This document shows, one piece after another, positions 13,280-26,752 of a stretch of DNA of 64,000 nt. Each line of letters starts with the position of its first letter. The first letter of the stretch is position 1. The DNA is from Eledone cirrhosa. Taxonomy: Eukaryota. The stretch is from contig OZ024747.1 of assembly GCA_964016885.1 (NCBI GenBank), positions 41,912,001 to 41,976,000 on the forward strand. Direction: 5' to 3'. The translations under genes were made by a program, and so were the position numbers. Below the pieces are notes generated by a model. The model worked only from the letters and a program-made list of their open reading frames with translations, had not been told where the DNA came from and made no database searches.

Positions 13280-13472
13280 TTTTAAAACAATAACCACATT
13301 AAAGGATTGAATAGTCTGTACATGTTTACTGTTTGGGTTGTTGAGATGGAGTGGGTAACCAACAAAACGGACATCTTTAATTTTAACATCAAACCGTTTC
13401 CCGCACAGGATGGTATCAGCAGCCAGTAAAGTACCAAGGTTCTGAAAATTGAAACCCACAATATTGTGGCTT
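13280..13472 (-). CDS. NPRL3: NPRL3 coding exon 4
   Basis: Encodes SHNIVGFNFQNLGTLLAADTILCGKRFDVKIKDVRFVGYP..., cf. human CGQKFELKIDNVRFVGHP. ttctttccAG acceptor and GTAAAT donor. Confidence 0.92.
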
Positions 13473-14029
13473 CTGGAAAGAAGACAAAGAGAGAGAGAAA
13501 AGGAAAATTAAGAGAACATATGAAGAAACAGCAATAAAAAACACTATAAAAAGTCAACTTTGCCTTTCATCCATTCAAGATCGATAAAAAAAATACCAGT
13601 ATAGTACTAGGGTCTACACTTCTATATCTCTTTCTCACTTCCATTCTCTCCCTCTCTGCAAGGAGAGGAGACGGGCTCCGCCAGGTTTTTAAAAAATTCC
13701 CTAGAAACGCTGTATATCAATGCAGCACTCCAACGACTCCGTTAAGAGTTACGGATCCATACATATATACTTATATTAAAGCCTTCCATCATAATTTCAT
13801 GCAAACATTTTTGTCAACTATATTCCAGTTTTGACACAGGGATGTAACTCAATCTTAGACTTATATGAAATATTTCTTCAAGTTCCAAGAGATTCACCTT
13901 TACAGACATATTTTCTTTAGCTTTCATACTTTCATCTCAATAAAAATAAATCTCTTAATTTTTTTAATTTTTATCATTAGTGTTCTGTTGTTGCAACAGC
14001 AAAGCATCACAGTTAAGCACCTCCACCCA

Positions 14030-14265
14030 CCCCATCATATCTGGGCCATCACATCACAGCCTCTCACATCTGGGTCATCCCATCACAGCTAAGCCTGTCA
14101 TATCTGGGTCATCCCACTACAGCTAAGCCCCTGTCATATTTGGGCCATCACATCACAGCTAAGCCTGTCATATCTGGGTCATCCCACTATAGCTAAGCCT
14201 GTCATATCTGGGTCATCCCACTACAGCTAAGCCTCTGTCTTATGTGGGTCATCACATCACAGCTA
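14030..14265. repeat. ~34-bp minisatellite
   Basis: About 7 units of CATATCTGGGTCATCCCA(C/T)CACAGCTAAGCCTGT. Confidence 0.85.
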
Positions 14266-14378
14266 AAATTGATATTAGTCTATCTTGACCAAGAGAAGGC
14301 AGTATTCAGACTAACCACAGCATATAGTCACCAAACACATTAAAAGTAAAACAAATGCAACAAACCTTTCAAACTTAC

Positions 14379-14420
14379 CCTAGTAAGGTTTCATTTTCTT
14401 TATTTGAATCAGTTTCTTCC
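14379..14420 (-). CDS. NPRL3: NPRL3 coding exon 3 (42-nt microexon)
   Basis: Strong polypyrimidine tract ttttcttttctctttAG and GTAAGT donor. Open frame (V)EETDSNKENETLL(G). Symmetric phase 2-2. Confidence 0.7.
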
Positions 14421-15479
14421 CTAAAGAGAAAAGAAAAACATTTTCTAATTTGTTCAGACAAAAACATTTTTTCCATGCTTGCATGGATCTTCACTAGCAC
14501 AACCAACTTTCGAGATCCACTCTCATCACTTCTACTCAAGCCTTCCTCTCTCTCTTTCTACACACCCACCACACATACCATCATCATCATTGTTTAATGT
14601 CTATGTGCTGAGGTTAGACTGGCCAGGTGACTAGATCCTGCTCATATGCCTTGTTTTGGCTTGGTTTCTATGGCTGGATGCCCTTCCTAATGCCAACCAC
14701 TTTACAGTGTGTTCTCAGAGCATGGTTTCTACAGCTGGATGTCCTACCTAATACCAACCACTTTACAGAGTGTACTGTGAGCATTTTGTCGTAACTTCAA
14801 CACTGCCACCTTACAGAGTGGACTGAGTGCTTTTGTTGTGGCACCAACACTATTTCATTACAGCACTAGAGTGCTTAGTCTACATAGTCATGCTGGGGGA
14901 GGAGGGAATGATGCTGAAACCCATGTTTATTGCTGGAGAGAGAGGGGGGGGTGTAAAAGGAGGGCATATATATATATATACTGCTTGGGTGCAAAGGCTC
15001 AGCAGAGAAAGGTGAATTAGTCATGGTTCAGATAACCATAAAGTCCGAGTGGTGTCTATGGCATGTGCCATACTTGCCGTACCCTAGTTACATCTCCAGT
15101 TGTAACCTTTTTAATACCCACCCCACTTGGTTCTACAATATTAAGATGTTTGTATTAACACATTTATATTTATCTAAAAATCTTCCATCAGAAATTTAGG
15201 TAAGAACCTGTAAGTTTTTTTTCCAAATACCAACTTAACATTGAGAAAGTTAGTTACATTACTTAAATCTCTCTAATTTTTAAAAAAATTATTTTCCAAA
15301 TAATTTGAAAATCATAGGCACTGTCTTTCATTAGAAATATGATAACGAAAGTGTTAATGCCATTTCCCTTCTCTTATACTGTTCATGACATTTAGTAAGG
15401 CATTATTTTCGCAGCGTCCATTCTTTCTCTCTCTCATTAATCTTCATGCATACATGAGATTTCCTCATGTAAAACTTAC

Positions 15480-15537
15480 ACTTTTGCACAACAGTCATCA
15501 GTAGGAACAACAGCATAAGGGTTCGTCAAAACATTGG
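15480..15537 (-). CDS. NPRL3: NPRL3 coding exon 2
   Basis: ttcattgtAG acceptor and GTAAGT donor. Encodes (S)NVLTNPYAVVPTDDCCAK. Phases 1 to 2 fit both neighbours. Confidence 0.8.
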
Positions 15538-16946
15538 CTACAATGAAAAATAGAAATGTGAATACTCCTTTTTTATTATTGATTATATATACACACCACA
15601 AAAAAAAAAAAAACAGAATCAAAACGAAGTGACACGGAGGAGCAGGAATAGTTATTGAGAAGGTCACAGAATGTGACAAAAGATCTTAGATTAGTTATCT
15701 GATACTGCTACTTTATTTTCTCGACTTCGAAAGGATGAAAGACAGTTCAATTGGGGAGGGGGGGGGGGTAAACTCAAAACATACAGAGTTGGAACAAATA
15801 ATGCAAAGTATTTGTCCGACATTGAGCGATTCTGCCAGTCCACCGCCTTCACCAGACATATGCACATTTTTATGGAGAGGGAAAGTCGATTATATCAATC
15901 TCAGTATTTGACTGGTATTTTATTTTTATCGACCTGGGAAGTGTGAAAGGCAAAGTTGACCTCGGCAGGATAAAGGGCCGTAACTATATGCCTTTCGCCC
16001 TTTCAAAGTCGATAAAATAAAGTACCAATACTGCCAATCCACTGCCCCTGACTCGACTAACAATAAAACTGAAGTGAATGAAGATCAACTTGTGCGTGTT
16101 TTTATTAGTAGCATTTGATTACAGAAAAAAAAACCCTCAACTCTTCAGGATAAATATAATCAATTTATTTTTCAAATATAAAAATACAATTTTCAAGTGA
16201 AGAACAGGCTATACTGAACAATAACAGATTTTAGATGATATATAGTTAAACGTTTGTTAATGCTATCAAAAAGAAACCTGTTAGATATTTTTTGGAAAAA
16301 GGTATAAAATCATTGAAAATTATGTTCGGTGTTAATATAAACAATAAACTAGCAGATATTAGAGCGAATATATATTTATGAAATAATCTATTAATGTTTA
16401 TGACCAAAGATTCCCAGATTCAACGATAAATCTTCTTTCATCTATAAATTTTATTTTATTTTTCGATGAAGGGACCATGTTTGAAACATCAGAACTCACC
16501 CCCGCCCCCCATAGTATACGGACTTTTATCATAACTGCAATCTAATGCAGTATTTTCCAACAGAAAGCAAGCAGTCGGTGTTTGTGGGTGTCGCAAGATT
16601 GTCAGTTAAGCATATATGTCACAAGCACCGGTTATTTCTTTTCATTAAAGCCACGATTTCTTCATCGTTTAAAACATAACCACGAAAGTTATTTATTCTT
16701 TACCCTCCAAATTTATTTTTATACATTATCGTAAAATTTTAAGTAAATTTCATTTTTTTTTAAAGACGAAGCTTATTCGAAACGGAGAAAAAATAAAACT
16801 TCTGAAATGTGCTTAAAAAATATTTACTAACATTGTACAGGTTAAAATATATAATTTGGGAATGCCATAATTAAGAGGAAAATTGAAAAACAAGACAAAA
16901 AACATTGACAGAGTAGGGGGAGGGCTCAATAATCTAAACGACTTAC

Positions 16947-17061
16947 ATCGAGAGGCAACTGCATTCTTCTTGATTGTTTCGTGAGGGTATCGAAATAAAA
17001 TTCGGTTTCCTTTAGAGCCTGATGTGGCTAAAATGATAACGATCGGATCCAAGTCAGCCAT
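16947..17061 (-). CDS. NPRL3: NPRL3 (GATOR1 subunit) coding exon 1
   Basis: MADLDPIVIILATSGSKGNRILFRYP resembles the NPRL3 N-terminus (human [21 protein letters not shown]). GTAAGT donor at 16946-16941. 115 nt, phase 1. Confidence 0.93.
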
Positions 17062-17368
17062 TTATATGAAATATATATACAAAATTAAGAATATAAATGT
17101 CACGAAGACACTTGGATATATAATTTGACGAAGTGACACTGAAGGGAGCTCATTCATAAGGAATTTTTAAGCCCTTAAAAGAAAAACAAAATAACATTCT
17201 TGCTTAACGATTTGGAGTCTCTACACAAGTCCGACTCGATGTTTTCTCCTGTATAACGGATAAAATATATTAATCTTATTCATAATGGTATAGTAGTGCC
17301 AGGATTTAAGAAAAAGTTCTTAATGATAACTGGCAGAAGTTACAACTCCCTCACATGATAATGTTAAA

Positions 17369-17382
17369 ACCGGAACCGGAAA
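17369..17382. promoter_or_regulatory. Tandem ETS/GABP-like motifs (ACCGGAACCGGAA), putative NPRL3 promoter element
   Basis: Two adjacent CCGGAA cores about 310 bp upstream of the NPRL3 ATG in CpG-poor DNA. The motif is typical of housekeeping promoters. Confidence 0.4.
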
Positions 17383-17649
17383 CGAATGTTAATTTACAAA
17401 CGGTGAATCTTTTCAACTCATAATATTTATCTCGCTAGGGGGAAAAACAGTGTATAGAATAGAAACGTGTTTAATCTTTTCTTCTCTATCAATTTTGTAT
17501 TTCATCCCTCTGGAGTTGATAAAATAAATACTGCTAATACACGAATGACTATTCAACAAACTGGATTTCTTCTGTATAAAAATATGTCTTGCACCAAAAA
17601 CTAACATGTATTTCTTGAATGTGGAGAGGTTTAGAGAATTAGAGATAAT

Positions 17650-18905
17650 TCTCTATTTTATTACCTAAAGAATCTATATAGATGAATGGAACCATGGTTT
17701 AGTTCCAGAGGTTAGCGTGTTAAGGACGAAAGTACTGGTTAGTGAGAGAGAGTGCACAAAATCTCCTATACCTATACCTTTTGGAAAGCTCTACAGTATA
17801 CAAGAATTAAGTCCATGCTATAAAATTGTTGGCAATTGGAAGGTTATCCCGCCACAAAAAACAAACACAAACATGATATATGCAATAACAAAGATTAGCA
17901 ATCTTCTCATGGCCTCAACACTGGTGACCTCCATCCGTTCAAGGACTTCAACATTAGTGACAAAGTCTCCAGTCGATGTGCAGAGGCAGCACTTGAGGAG
18001 TCGAAGGTGATGGTGATAAGTGATCCATGACTCTGAGCCATACAGGAGGGTGGTAAGGACTATGGTTCTACACTCTGATCTTGGTACATTTCTTCAGATG
18101 TTTATTGTTCCGCACGCGTTTGTTTAATCTGCCAAATGCACTGCTCGCTTTTGCCAGTCTGTTGCTGATTTCTCTGTCAATCTTGGCATCTGATGTGATG
18201 GTTCACCCCAGGTAGACGAACTGATGGACTATTTACAGTTCAGTCTCACCAATGGTGATATGGGAGAGCATTACACTTCCCAAGGTGCAGTCTGATGGAG
18301 TACTGCCATCAAGACGATATGTGATGTAGACTCCGTCCTCCTCATCATCAAGGTCTTCTGTGGCTTGCTTGAGCGTCATGCTGAACAAGATGGTGAAGAG
18401 AGTTGGTGCCAGGACGTAACCCTGCTTCCCTATGTTGCTGATCGGGAAGACCTCTGAGTGGTCACTGCTGAGTCCAACTTGGCCACGCTGGTCTTCATGT
18501 AGTTAGGAACTTTGTGGGGCAGCCAAGTCGTTCTATGATCTGGCACATTCCTTTTCTGCTCACTGTATTGAAAGCTTTAGTCAAGTAAACAAAGACCACA
18601 TACAGCCCTTTATTTTGCTCTTGGAGCTGCCTAAGAAACAAAAACCATGTCTGTGGTGCTCATGTTGACTTTGAAGCCACACTGGCTCTCTGGGGGGATG
18701 TTCTTCTTTGATGGTAGGTACCAGCCTGCTTAGTAACATCCTTGCGAGGATTTTTTCCTTTGGTAGTGGACAGAATAATTCCCCGGTTTTTTCCACTTTG
18801 TTTTGTGGAGATCTTGTGGCAGATTGCAACAAGCAGCATATGAAGAGTTTGTGGAGTTTTGTGTGTAGTGCTGGGCCCCCATGCATCCAAATTTCAGGTG
18901 GAATT
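17650..18905 (-). mobile_element. Degenerate RTE (BovB-like) LINE fragment
   Basis: Minus-strand remnants KILARMLLSRL, QGYVLAPTLFTILFSM, VYITYRLDG, LTTLLYGSESW and DFVTNVEVL. Multiple frameshifts. Confidence 0.8.
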
Positions 18906-19012
18906 CCATATATATATATATAAACATACACACATAATCGCCATTTAACATCTATTTTCCATGCTTGCATGGGTTTTATATATATATATAACATATCTCA
19001 GTGTTCAGAATA

Positions 19013-19684
19013 TATATATATATATACTATCCGAATTACACGCGCCTTGCTGCGTTTCACATTTTTTTTTGTAAGAAAATGATGATTGATTTTAAATCAG
19101 TGATATAATTTATGGAGAAAAACTTTGCATTTCAATATTACTCAATGTAAAATGTAATGCATGAAAAATTGGAAAACATTATTTTTTGTAATATATCAAA
19201 TCAAAATTACATTATTAAATCTTATTCTTATTTTGTTTCTTGTAAATAATTTTTTTCAAAATATCAATTCAAAACTTTTGTGAATAGGCATCATATCTTG
19301 TCATTTACCTATGGTTTAAATTTCATATAAATCAAAGGGAAAACATTTTCTGTGGGGGTTTGTGCTTCCGGGGAACCCTAATAGGGGGTTTAACCCCCAT
19401 TAGGGTGTCTTAATATTATTGAAATTTGCTGAAATTTTGTGAATAGGCATCATATCTTGTCATTTACCTATGGTTTAAATTTCATATAAATCGAAGGGAA
19501 AACATTTTCAGCGGGGGTTTTGTGCCCCCGGGGAACCTTTTGATTAAAATGAAATATACTTATCCAAGTACCCTGGGCAATGTAGTTTCAGAATATATAT
19601 GGTTATGGGGGGTCTATCTCCAAAACCATAGGAGTAGTTCGTGAACAAACAAACAGACAGGAATACAACTTTATATATATAGAT
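19013..19684 (+). mobile_element. Non-autonomous Helentron/DINE-1 (HINE)-like element
   Basis: Begins TATACTATCCGAATTACACGCGCCTTGCTGCG and ends GAACAAACAAACAGACAGG...ACTTTATATATATAGAT, resembling DINE-1/HINE termini. Contains an internal ~105-bp direct repeat (19276-19378 and 19435-19538). Confidence 0.6.
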
Positions 19685-19859
19685 ATATAACATATCTCAG
19701 TGTTCAGAATAGGTACACTGTATCCCTTGCATATAGTAAAAGGTGATTGAAAAGGTTTGTGTCTGGGAAAACATCTTGCTGTAAAAGATTGTCTTAAACT
19801 ATCCCATTTAAACCCATGTCAGCATGGAACTGGTCATAAAATCAATGATGATATTTACA

Positions 19860-20800
19860 GAGTGGGTAGTATATTTGAGGAAATATTTGATTATTTAATA
19901 AAACAACTATATCTGACTAAAAACTAAATATATTTTCAAGAAAATCTGTATACATGTTTTAAAATAGTTTTATTATAGATTTATTCCACATAATCTCCAT
20001 CAGTATCAATGCCTGCTTCAAAGGGAGAGGCAGAAGTGTTGACAAGCACAAATCAAATGGTCCTCATTTATTTCACACATTATCTTGACAATAGCAGCCT
20101 TTGGTAAATCTTTTCTATTATTACTCTCCCTATCAACAATCTTCTATAAGTAGTACTCCAGGGGTTTTAAATCTGGTGAGCTTGGAACCCACTTGATTGC
20201 GAGGTCTGCCATCCATTCTTGGGTGAGCTGAGCTTTGTGAGAAGGTGCTAAATCATGTTGAAAAACGACCTTCATTGCTTATTCATATTCAAAGGTGTTT
20301 GAAACATCTCAGTATAGCCAGCAGCATGAAATCTAAGACTGTGGAAAGAAGCAGATTGGTTTCCTTCACTACTCACTATAATTAAAACTATTACAGTAGC
20401 TGGAAACTTGGTGTGCATAACCCTAGGATCTGTACAACAGCTTTCTCATCAGAGAAAAACCAGAACATATCAAACTCTTCAGGGTTTTTTAACCTTGTTG
20501 AGTAACTGTTTCGTATGGATCAGCTGATTTTTCTGTCTTTGAAGCCATGAACAGATTTCAACTAATCACATACGACTTGTATCAAATGACCTCATGACAC
20601 TACCCACCAGCACTTGATTTTTAACAATGGCCCTCATTGACCTTCCAGGGTTATCATCAATAATATTCTGAACTTGAATAAACTGTGGTGTTCTGATGGT
20701 GTGAGAGCGTTGAGAATGCCTTTTGTGCAATCTCAAATCCGCAGTGTTTTGCACATAAAACAACAATAACAACAGGCATTTTCATCTCCTGAGTCACCTT
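19860..20800 (-). mobile_element. Decayed Tc1/mariner transposase (maT/DD37D-like)
   Basis: WVPSSPDLKPLEYY at about 20150-20191 (SPDLNP.D motif). N-terminal RSHTIRTPQFIQVQNIIDDNPGRSMRAI at 20566-20772. Confidence 0.75.
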
Positions 20801-21609
20801 GTAGCGGCATTATTTCGTAGCTTGTAACAACAATCTTTCATGTGCGATTTGGTTAGGTTGACCAATCATGTAAGTCGCGCATGAATATAAACTACTTCCG
20901 CCCAGCTAGAAGAAATTCACGCTTTATTCTGTTGACTAGAACTAGTTGCTGCTTTCACATCAAGAAGATAACATTTATTTTCCTTTGCGTGTCAACACTA
21001 GCAAAATGTAAAAGTAATTAAGAAACTTTGGCCCTATCGGCGAGGGAGCACTTTCTTACATCAACACACCTTTCCCCTCTATCACAACTAACTAAACATC
21101 TCTTTTCCTGCTACAATTTAATAACATATTCTTTTATTGCTAAAAGCTTATAATCTGCTATAGGTTATATGAAAAAAATAAACGCCCGTAAATTAGTTTG
21201 AAGGAAACAATAGATTAATAATAAAATTCCTTCAATAGTATACACAAACTGTATGTGTGTGTATAAAACAGTAAAAAGATGTTCAGTAATTTGCAGAATA
21301 AATCCAAATGAATTAAAATTATCCACGTAAGTGTTGATAGATGCAATACATCTTAGTATTTCTTTACGTCGATGGAATTCGTCGTATTAAAGAGTATACA
21401 TGGGGGGTAACTCTAAAGATATACCTGCTAAATGCTATAAAATGGATAGCCGACGAAGTACTGGATTGATATATATATATACACTTTGATTAGAATGTTG
21501 TGGAAGTGAGTATACATTTTAGGTTGATGCAAAAGTAACGACGGTTTTTATTGATTCTAAATTTATTCTACAATACAACACCAAACAACAATAAAAAAAA
21601 AAATTTAAA

Positions 21610-21835
21610 TGATCATCACTGCTTCCCAAACACTGAGTCGCCTAACAATGGTTGACTGGTCAACATCGAATTGCTGGGCCAAATTCCGTGTTGTCAAACC
21701 TTCTTCCACCGTTTGATCATTAAAATCAGACGGACGCCTTTTTCTGTCCTAGTCTTCTAAGCTTGTGTTGCCGGATTTGAAATGTCCAAACAATCGTCTC
21801 ACTAGTCTTTCATCGATTGTTCCTGGTCGAGTCCA
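21610..21835 (-). mobile_element. Mariner transposase N-terminal (HTH) remnant
   Basis: Minus-strand translation GTIDERLVRRLFGHFKSGNTSLED*DRKRRPSDFND resembles the mariner motif WF.RFKSG..SLED..RSGRP. Confidence 0.7.
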
Positions 21836-24800
21836 TCTTTTTCCAGGTCTAAACACAGCCGATTTCTTCCAGAGAGATATAGATAAATAAATGATCCCAG
21901 TACGGAACTGGTACTTTATTTATCGACTTCGAAAAAATGAAAGTTGACTTCAGTGAGATTTGAACTGGGAGAGCGAAACGACCGACGGTGTAACGACTCT
22001 GTCATATGCATTTCTTTATACCGGTGGAAAGTGTTAATGAATATAAAAGGGAAGTAACTATCTAGAGCCATAGCTGCTAAATTTAACTAATCTAAAATGG
22101 GTAAAAGGGCAAAGTACTGGATGGATGTAGTATGATTTTAAGATACTAATTACAGCAAGTACCTATTTAGTTATATAACAGTAATTGAATATCAGCGTAG
22201 CTTATATAAGAACGAATAGCAGTTATTTTTTTACTGTTGTGATTCTTTTTTTTATGTTACTCCCAACAGGGTTACAAGTAATCAGCAGTATAACAGGCAT
22301 TAACACAGTAAAAAGTAACCAGCAATACTGTAGACCTCGAGCAACCCCTTACTTTGTTTTGATTCATAAAAAAAAAAAAAATAGTATGAGAAACTGCTTT
22401 TAAAATCAGAAAACAATCAGCAGAATAAACAAAATTAATTACCACAGGGAGTCTGATGTTCTGCTACCAGTTTTGGCCTGATAGCATCAACGCCTTACTC
22501 CTACTTTGCTTATATGTATTCTTTCTCAGAAGTTTTATTGCTGGTTATTTACTGACTTGTTGAAGCTTGTAATCGAATATGACTTGAAGTTTTTTTTTTT
22601 CTATTTTGATTAAACATTGATGTAACTCAATCAATGATGTGTTCTTTCACAGGACTGCTGACCCAAAGCACTGGTTCAACCACACCTGAATATATTGCTG
22701 AATACAGCTGCTAATATGGTAGATTTATGTTGTAATTTTGCAGTTGAAATAAACGGAATTTTGATACCATTCTTGGTTGAAATTATATAACTTTACTTAC
22801 ATAAGAAATAACCTAAACTTCTCAGGCTTTGTCAAAAAAAAAGAATTATCACTTCCTACCTTCACACACCCCTCCCATGCTATTTTGACAATGTCTCGGT
22901 TGTGATATAAAAACTAAGTTGTCAAAAATTCATGGGAGAAGTAAAGATAGTACAATTTCCGAAAATTGATGGGATGATCAAATCTGTTCATCCAGAGTTG
23001 ACCTGGGGTCAAAACAATATCAACAATTAACTGTACTTATTATTTATTAATATAATCAATTTAAACGTCCGTATAGAGCTAGTAAGCCCTGACAGACTAG
23101 GGGAAGCATCTAGTACTTCTTACAGTTGGGAAACAAAAAAAAACAAGATATACATGCTGCAAAATGGTTGGCATTATGAAGAGCATCCAACCATAGAAAC
23201 CAAGACAAAATAGAGAGTAAGATGTAACCACCTGACCTTGTCTAGCCTCAGTATGTGACAACCCAACTAACTGGGAAATAGACAAAGGTGATGATGAATA
23301 ATCTGAATTAGTAGCAGCCACTTTAAACAAAGACACCATATAAATTGAACATCACTGCTATTATGTTGATGAACTAGCTCCAAATGCTATGAGGGGGGAG
23401 GGGCTCAATAAATTCAACAAATGTATAAATAATCCTCAGCTCTTGTGTATTCAAACCCCAACAATGAATGTAACTAGATATTACAGAACTTCTTATATGG
23501 AACTCTACACAATCGGCCAAACATTGCCTTAATAATTATTTCTAATTTAGACAAAGCCAGCAATTTGTGGGAAGAGCAATAATGATCAAATCAACACAGT
23601 ATTTGACTGGTACTTTATTTTACGACTCCGGAAGGATGAAAGGCAAAGTTGATTTTGACATGTAATGAGCTAGAACAAATACCGCAATGTCATTTCATCT
23701 GACTCTAATAATTCTGCCAATCCACTACCCTACATTGCCCTAATAATAATAATAATAATAATGATGATCTTAAATCACGGAAAGCTACACATTTTGTAGG
23801 AAACAGACAGTCTCAGTATTTTATTATAATTCCATTCATATCCAGTGTAATTTAGATATATATAATTGATCTCAATACTTGATTGGCACTTTATATTATC
23901 TATCCAAGAGGATGGCCATAGAAGAATTTATATTCAGCACCTATCAACTTCAAATAATATTTTTGTCGATTGAACAAAAAAAAACAAAAACAAAAATTTG
24001 ATCTAAAGGGAGGTAACTATGCATCAAAAGTCAACTTATAATAAAATGAATTTTACATGGTAAATAACGTGCCGTACAATGTTTTTTTTTTTTAGAGATG
24101 TTAAAAAAAATTACGATAATGAAATGTCGAAAAACAGTATCAATACATTTATAGCAAGCTGTTGTTGAATTCCATGTCGATTTGATCTAGTAGAAGACTA
24201 TCATGAGAGGCATTCTAACGTAACAGGAGGATTGGAAGAACTGTTTGACAAATACCTACTGGTATTTAGTTATGGCCCTTTACCTTCCGAGATCAACTTG
24301 GTTTTTCGTCCTTCCAGAGTCAATAAAATAATTGTTTCTACTTTTGGCACAAGGCCAGCAATTATCCAGTGTATTACTGGTACTTTATTTTATTCAATAA
24401 AATAATTGTTTCTTCTTTTGGAACAAGGCCAGCAAATACTCAGTGCATTACTGGTACTTTATTTTATCGACCCCGTAAGGATGAAAAGCAAAGTTAACCT
24501 CGGCGGGATTTGAACTCAGAATGGCAAGGGCCGTAACTCTATGCGTCAAAGCATGGCGCCTGACCCTCTACTGATACTGCCAATCCACAAATAATGAAGT
24601 CAATGCATATATGCCTATCGTACATCCTAGGTATGAAAAGAATTTTAACAGAAGACGAGACAATCTCTAATATTCAGGTATAGTTTATTCCAGGTGACAT
24701 AATCCAACACGTTCTTTTTATGACAGTAGTAGGGTGTGATTCGAGAGATATTTGGTTTCTATTTCTAGCAGGTTGAACGACCAACAGTGGCGCTGAGTAA

Positions 24801-25529
24801 ACGAAAGATATATGGCTCACATCCCATTGCTCTTTTCTCTATGAAAGGACTGAAACAGTCAACACCAATAAATGGTGTGTATTACATTGTAAAAACAATA
24901 CAAGCAGACAGAATCTGAATGCAATTCTACATATTTATTTTGTTCTAACAATAAACTGCGATATAAAAGTTTGGTTAATACTCAGCTATCAGTAATGAAA
25001 TTTTATAGAAAATGTACCAAGACATCATCATTTAACTTCAGTTTTTCCCTGCTAGCAAGGACAGGACGGGTTGTCATAGACAACCAGAGGTACTAACTTT
25101 TCAGAAGGGCTGGGGTCCCCACATCTTCAGTTACTTATGTTCCCGCATTCTACAGAGGGCACCGGATGCATTTTATGGTAGCACCGCCACAAGGGAGGTT
25201 GTCATATCTTTGTTTGGCAAGTATTTTTACAGCTGGATGCCCTCCTTATCACACTACACATTAATCAGGGTAAACCTAGGGCTAAACAGCACCACTACAC
25301 ATATGGGTAAATAAATATTACCAAAGATACAGAAATCCGTGTAGTTTCGAGTAGCAATAATAGTAACACCAAGTTGTACAGCTTAACTTTCATATCGAAC
25401 ATTTTCGCTTGAAAAGACGAGCTTAGGAAAGTTTTCCAAAATTTAGATAAAAATCGAAAAAAAAAAAAGAAAAATGTGATTTGGTTAAATCCTATTTTAC
25501 GCCCCCCCCCCCCCCCCCCCCAAAAAAAA

Positions 25530-25762
25530 ACCTAAAGATGTCTCGATGTCGCCGATCGTTTTCGGGGAAACTATTTGGACCTTTAATAATCGCTGTATTC
25601 TATCTGGTACACGTTTAATTTCAAATGATAGGGTTTTATATGTGGGATATAGGAGAATGAGATTAAAGGTGTGTCTGTTAGATTATAGAGATTGATAACG
25701 GGCAACAGTGTTTTTCGGAGAACAATCGGCGACATAAGACACTAACAAGACATCTCTAAGTT
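25530..25762. mobile_element. MITE-like element with ~28-bp imperfect inverted repeats
   Basis: ATGTCGCCGATCGTTTTCGGGGAAACTA (about 25546-25572) matches the reverse complement of GTGTTTTTCGGAGAACAATCGGCGACAT (about 25708-25735). Outer AGATGTCT/AGACATCT pair. Confidence 0.55.
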
Positions 25763-26752
25763 ATTTCCACAGTTTTTGTTTTTTTGAGACGTAAAATAAG
25801 ATTCAACCCCTCTTCGTGTTACTTTTAAGTGATTCAAATGTTATATTTACGTCACGTAACTGTTGTTGAAAAGCATATGGATTTCAGTTCTTATAATAGA
25901 TATTTGCCATTCATTTCGTTTGTTAGTGTGCATCTCTCTCTCTCTCTCTATATAGGGTATCTATAGATGCATGTATATGTACATATAATCAGACATGTGT
26001 GCAAGAAGTAGCAAAGAAAAAGTTGAAATGAGATGAAAAACTCATGAAAGAGGAATATTTAAACATATAAATATGACTACAACCTTTCTACATCAACTGA
26101 TAGAGCAGACACAGCCGAAAGACATATTGGCATGAAGAAAAATGAATTTTGTCTTGTATTTTTTTGTTCAAGAAAGCTAGTAAAGAAATGAACGACACTG
26201 TAAAGTAAGTGGCAACTGTCAGAAATAGTAATAAGGTCAAGGACAACTGCCGCTTAGGTAATTGTTGAATAAGAAGAGTAGCATCATGTGGATTGAGAGA
26301 AAGAGGGATTACAAGAGATATAGAGAGAGTAGAATCGGAGAGAGAGAGAAAAAGGAAGCAAAGGAAGACGAGAAAAATAGATTTAGTATTAAAAAAAAAG
26401 AAAGAAAAAGGATGAGGAGAATAAGTAATAGAATAGAATATTAATAATAATAATATATATATAGTTATATATAATTGCAATATAAGTTTATGAAATTATA
26501 TTTCAGTAAAATATTTATTTTCAGGTGAGAAATTTTTCGAAAAATAAAAAAGAAATTGGTTATATGAATTAATCAGTGAAAAATTAAATAAAAACAAAAA
26601 TATAATAATAATGGAAATGGCATGCTTCTCATTTTGGTATATTTATCGCTGATGCAAGGGATCCGTGGTGGGTAGTGTCACGTGCTGATATGATTGCTGC
26701 TGCCGGAGTAGGAGTAGTCGGAGGAGGAGGAGAAGAGAGAGAATGAGCGAAG

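Noticed and set aside
16458-16497. Hammerhead-like TTCGATGAAGGGACCATGTTTGAAACATCAGAA in NPRL3 intron 1
   Set aside because: The core lacks CUGA and stem II pairs poorly, so it cannot be supported.
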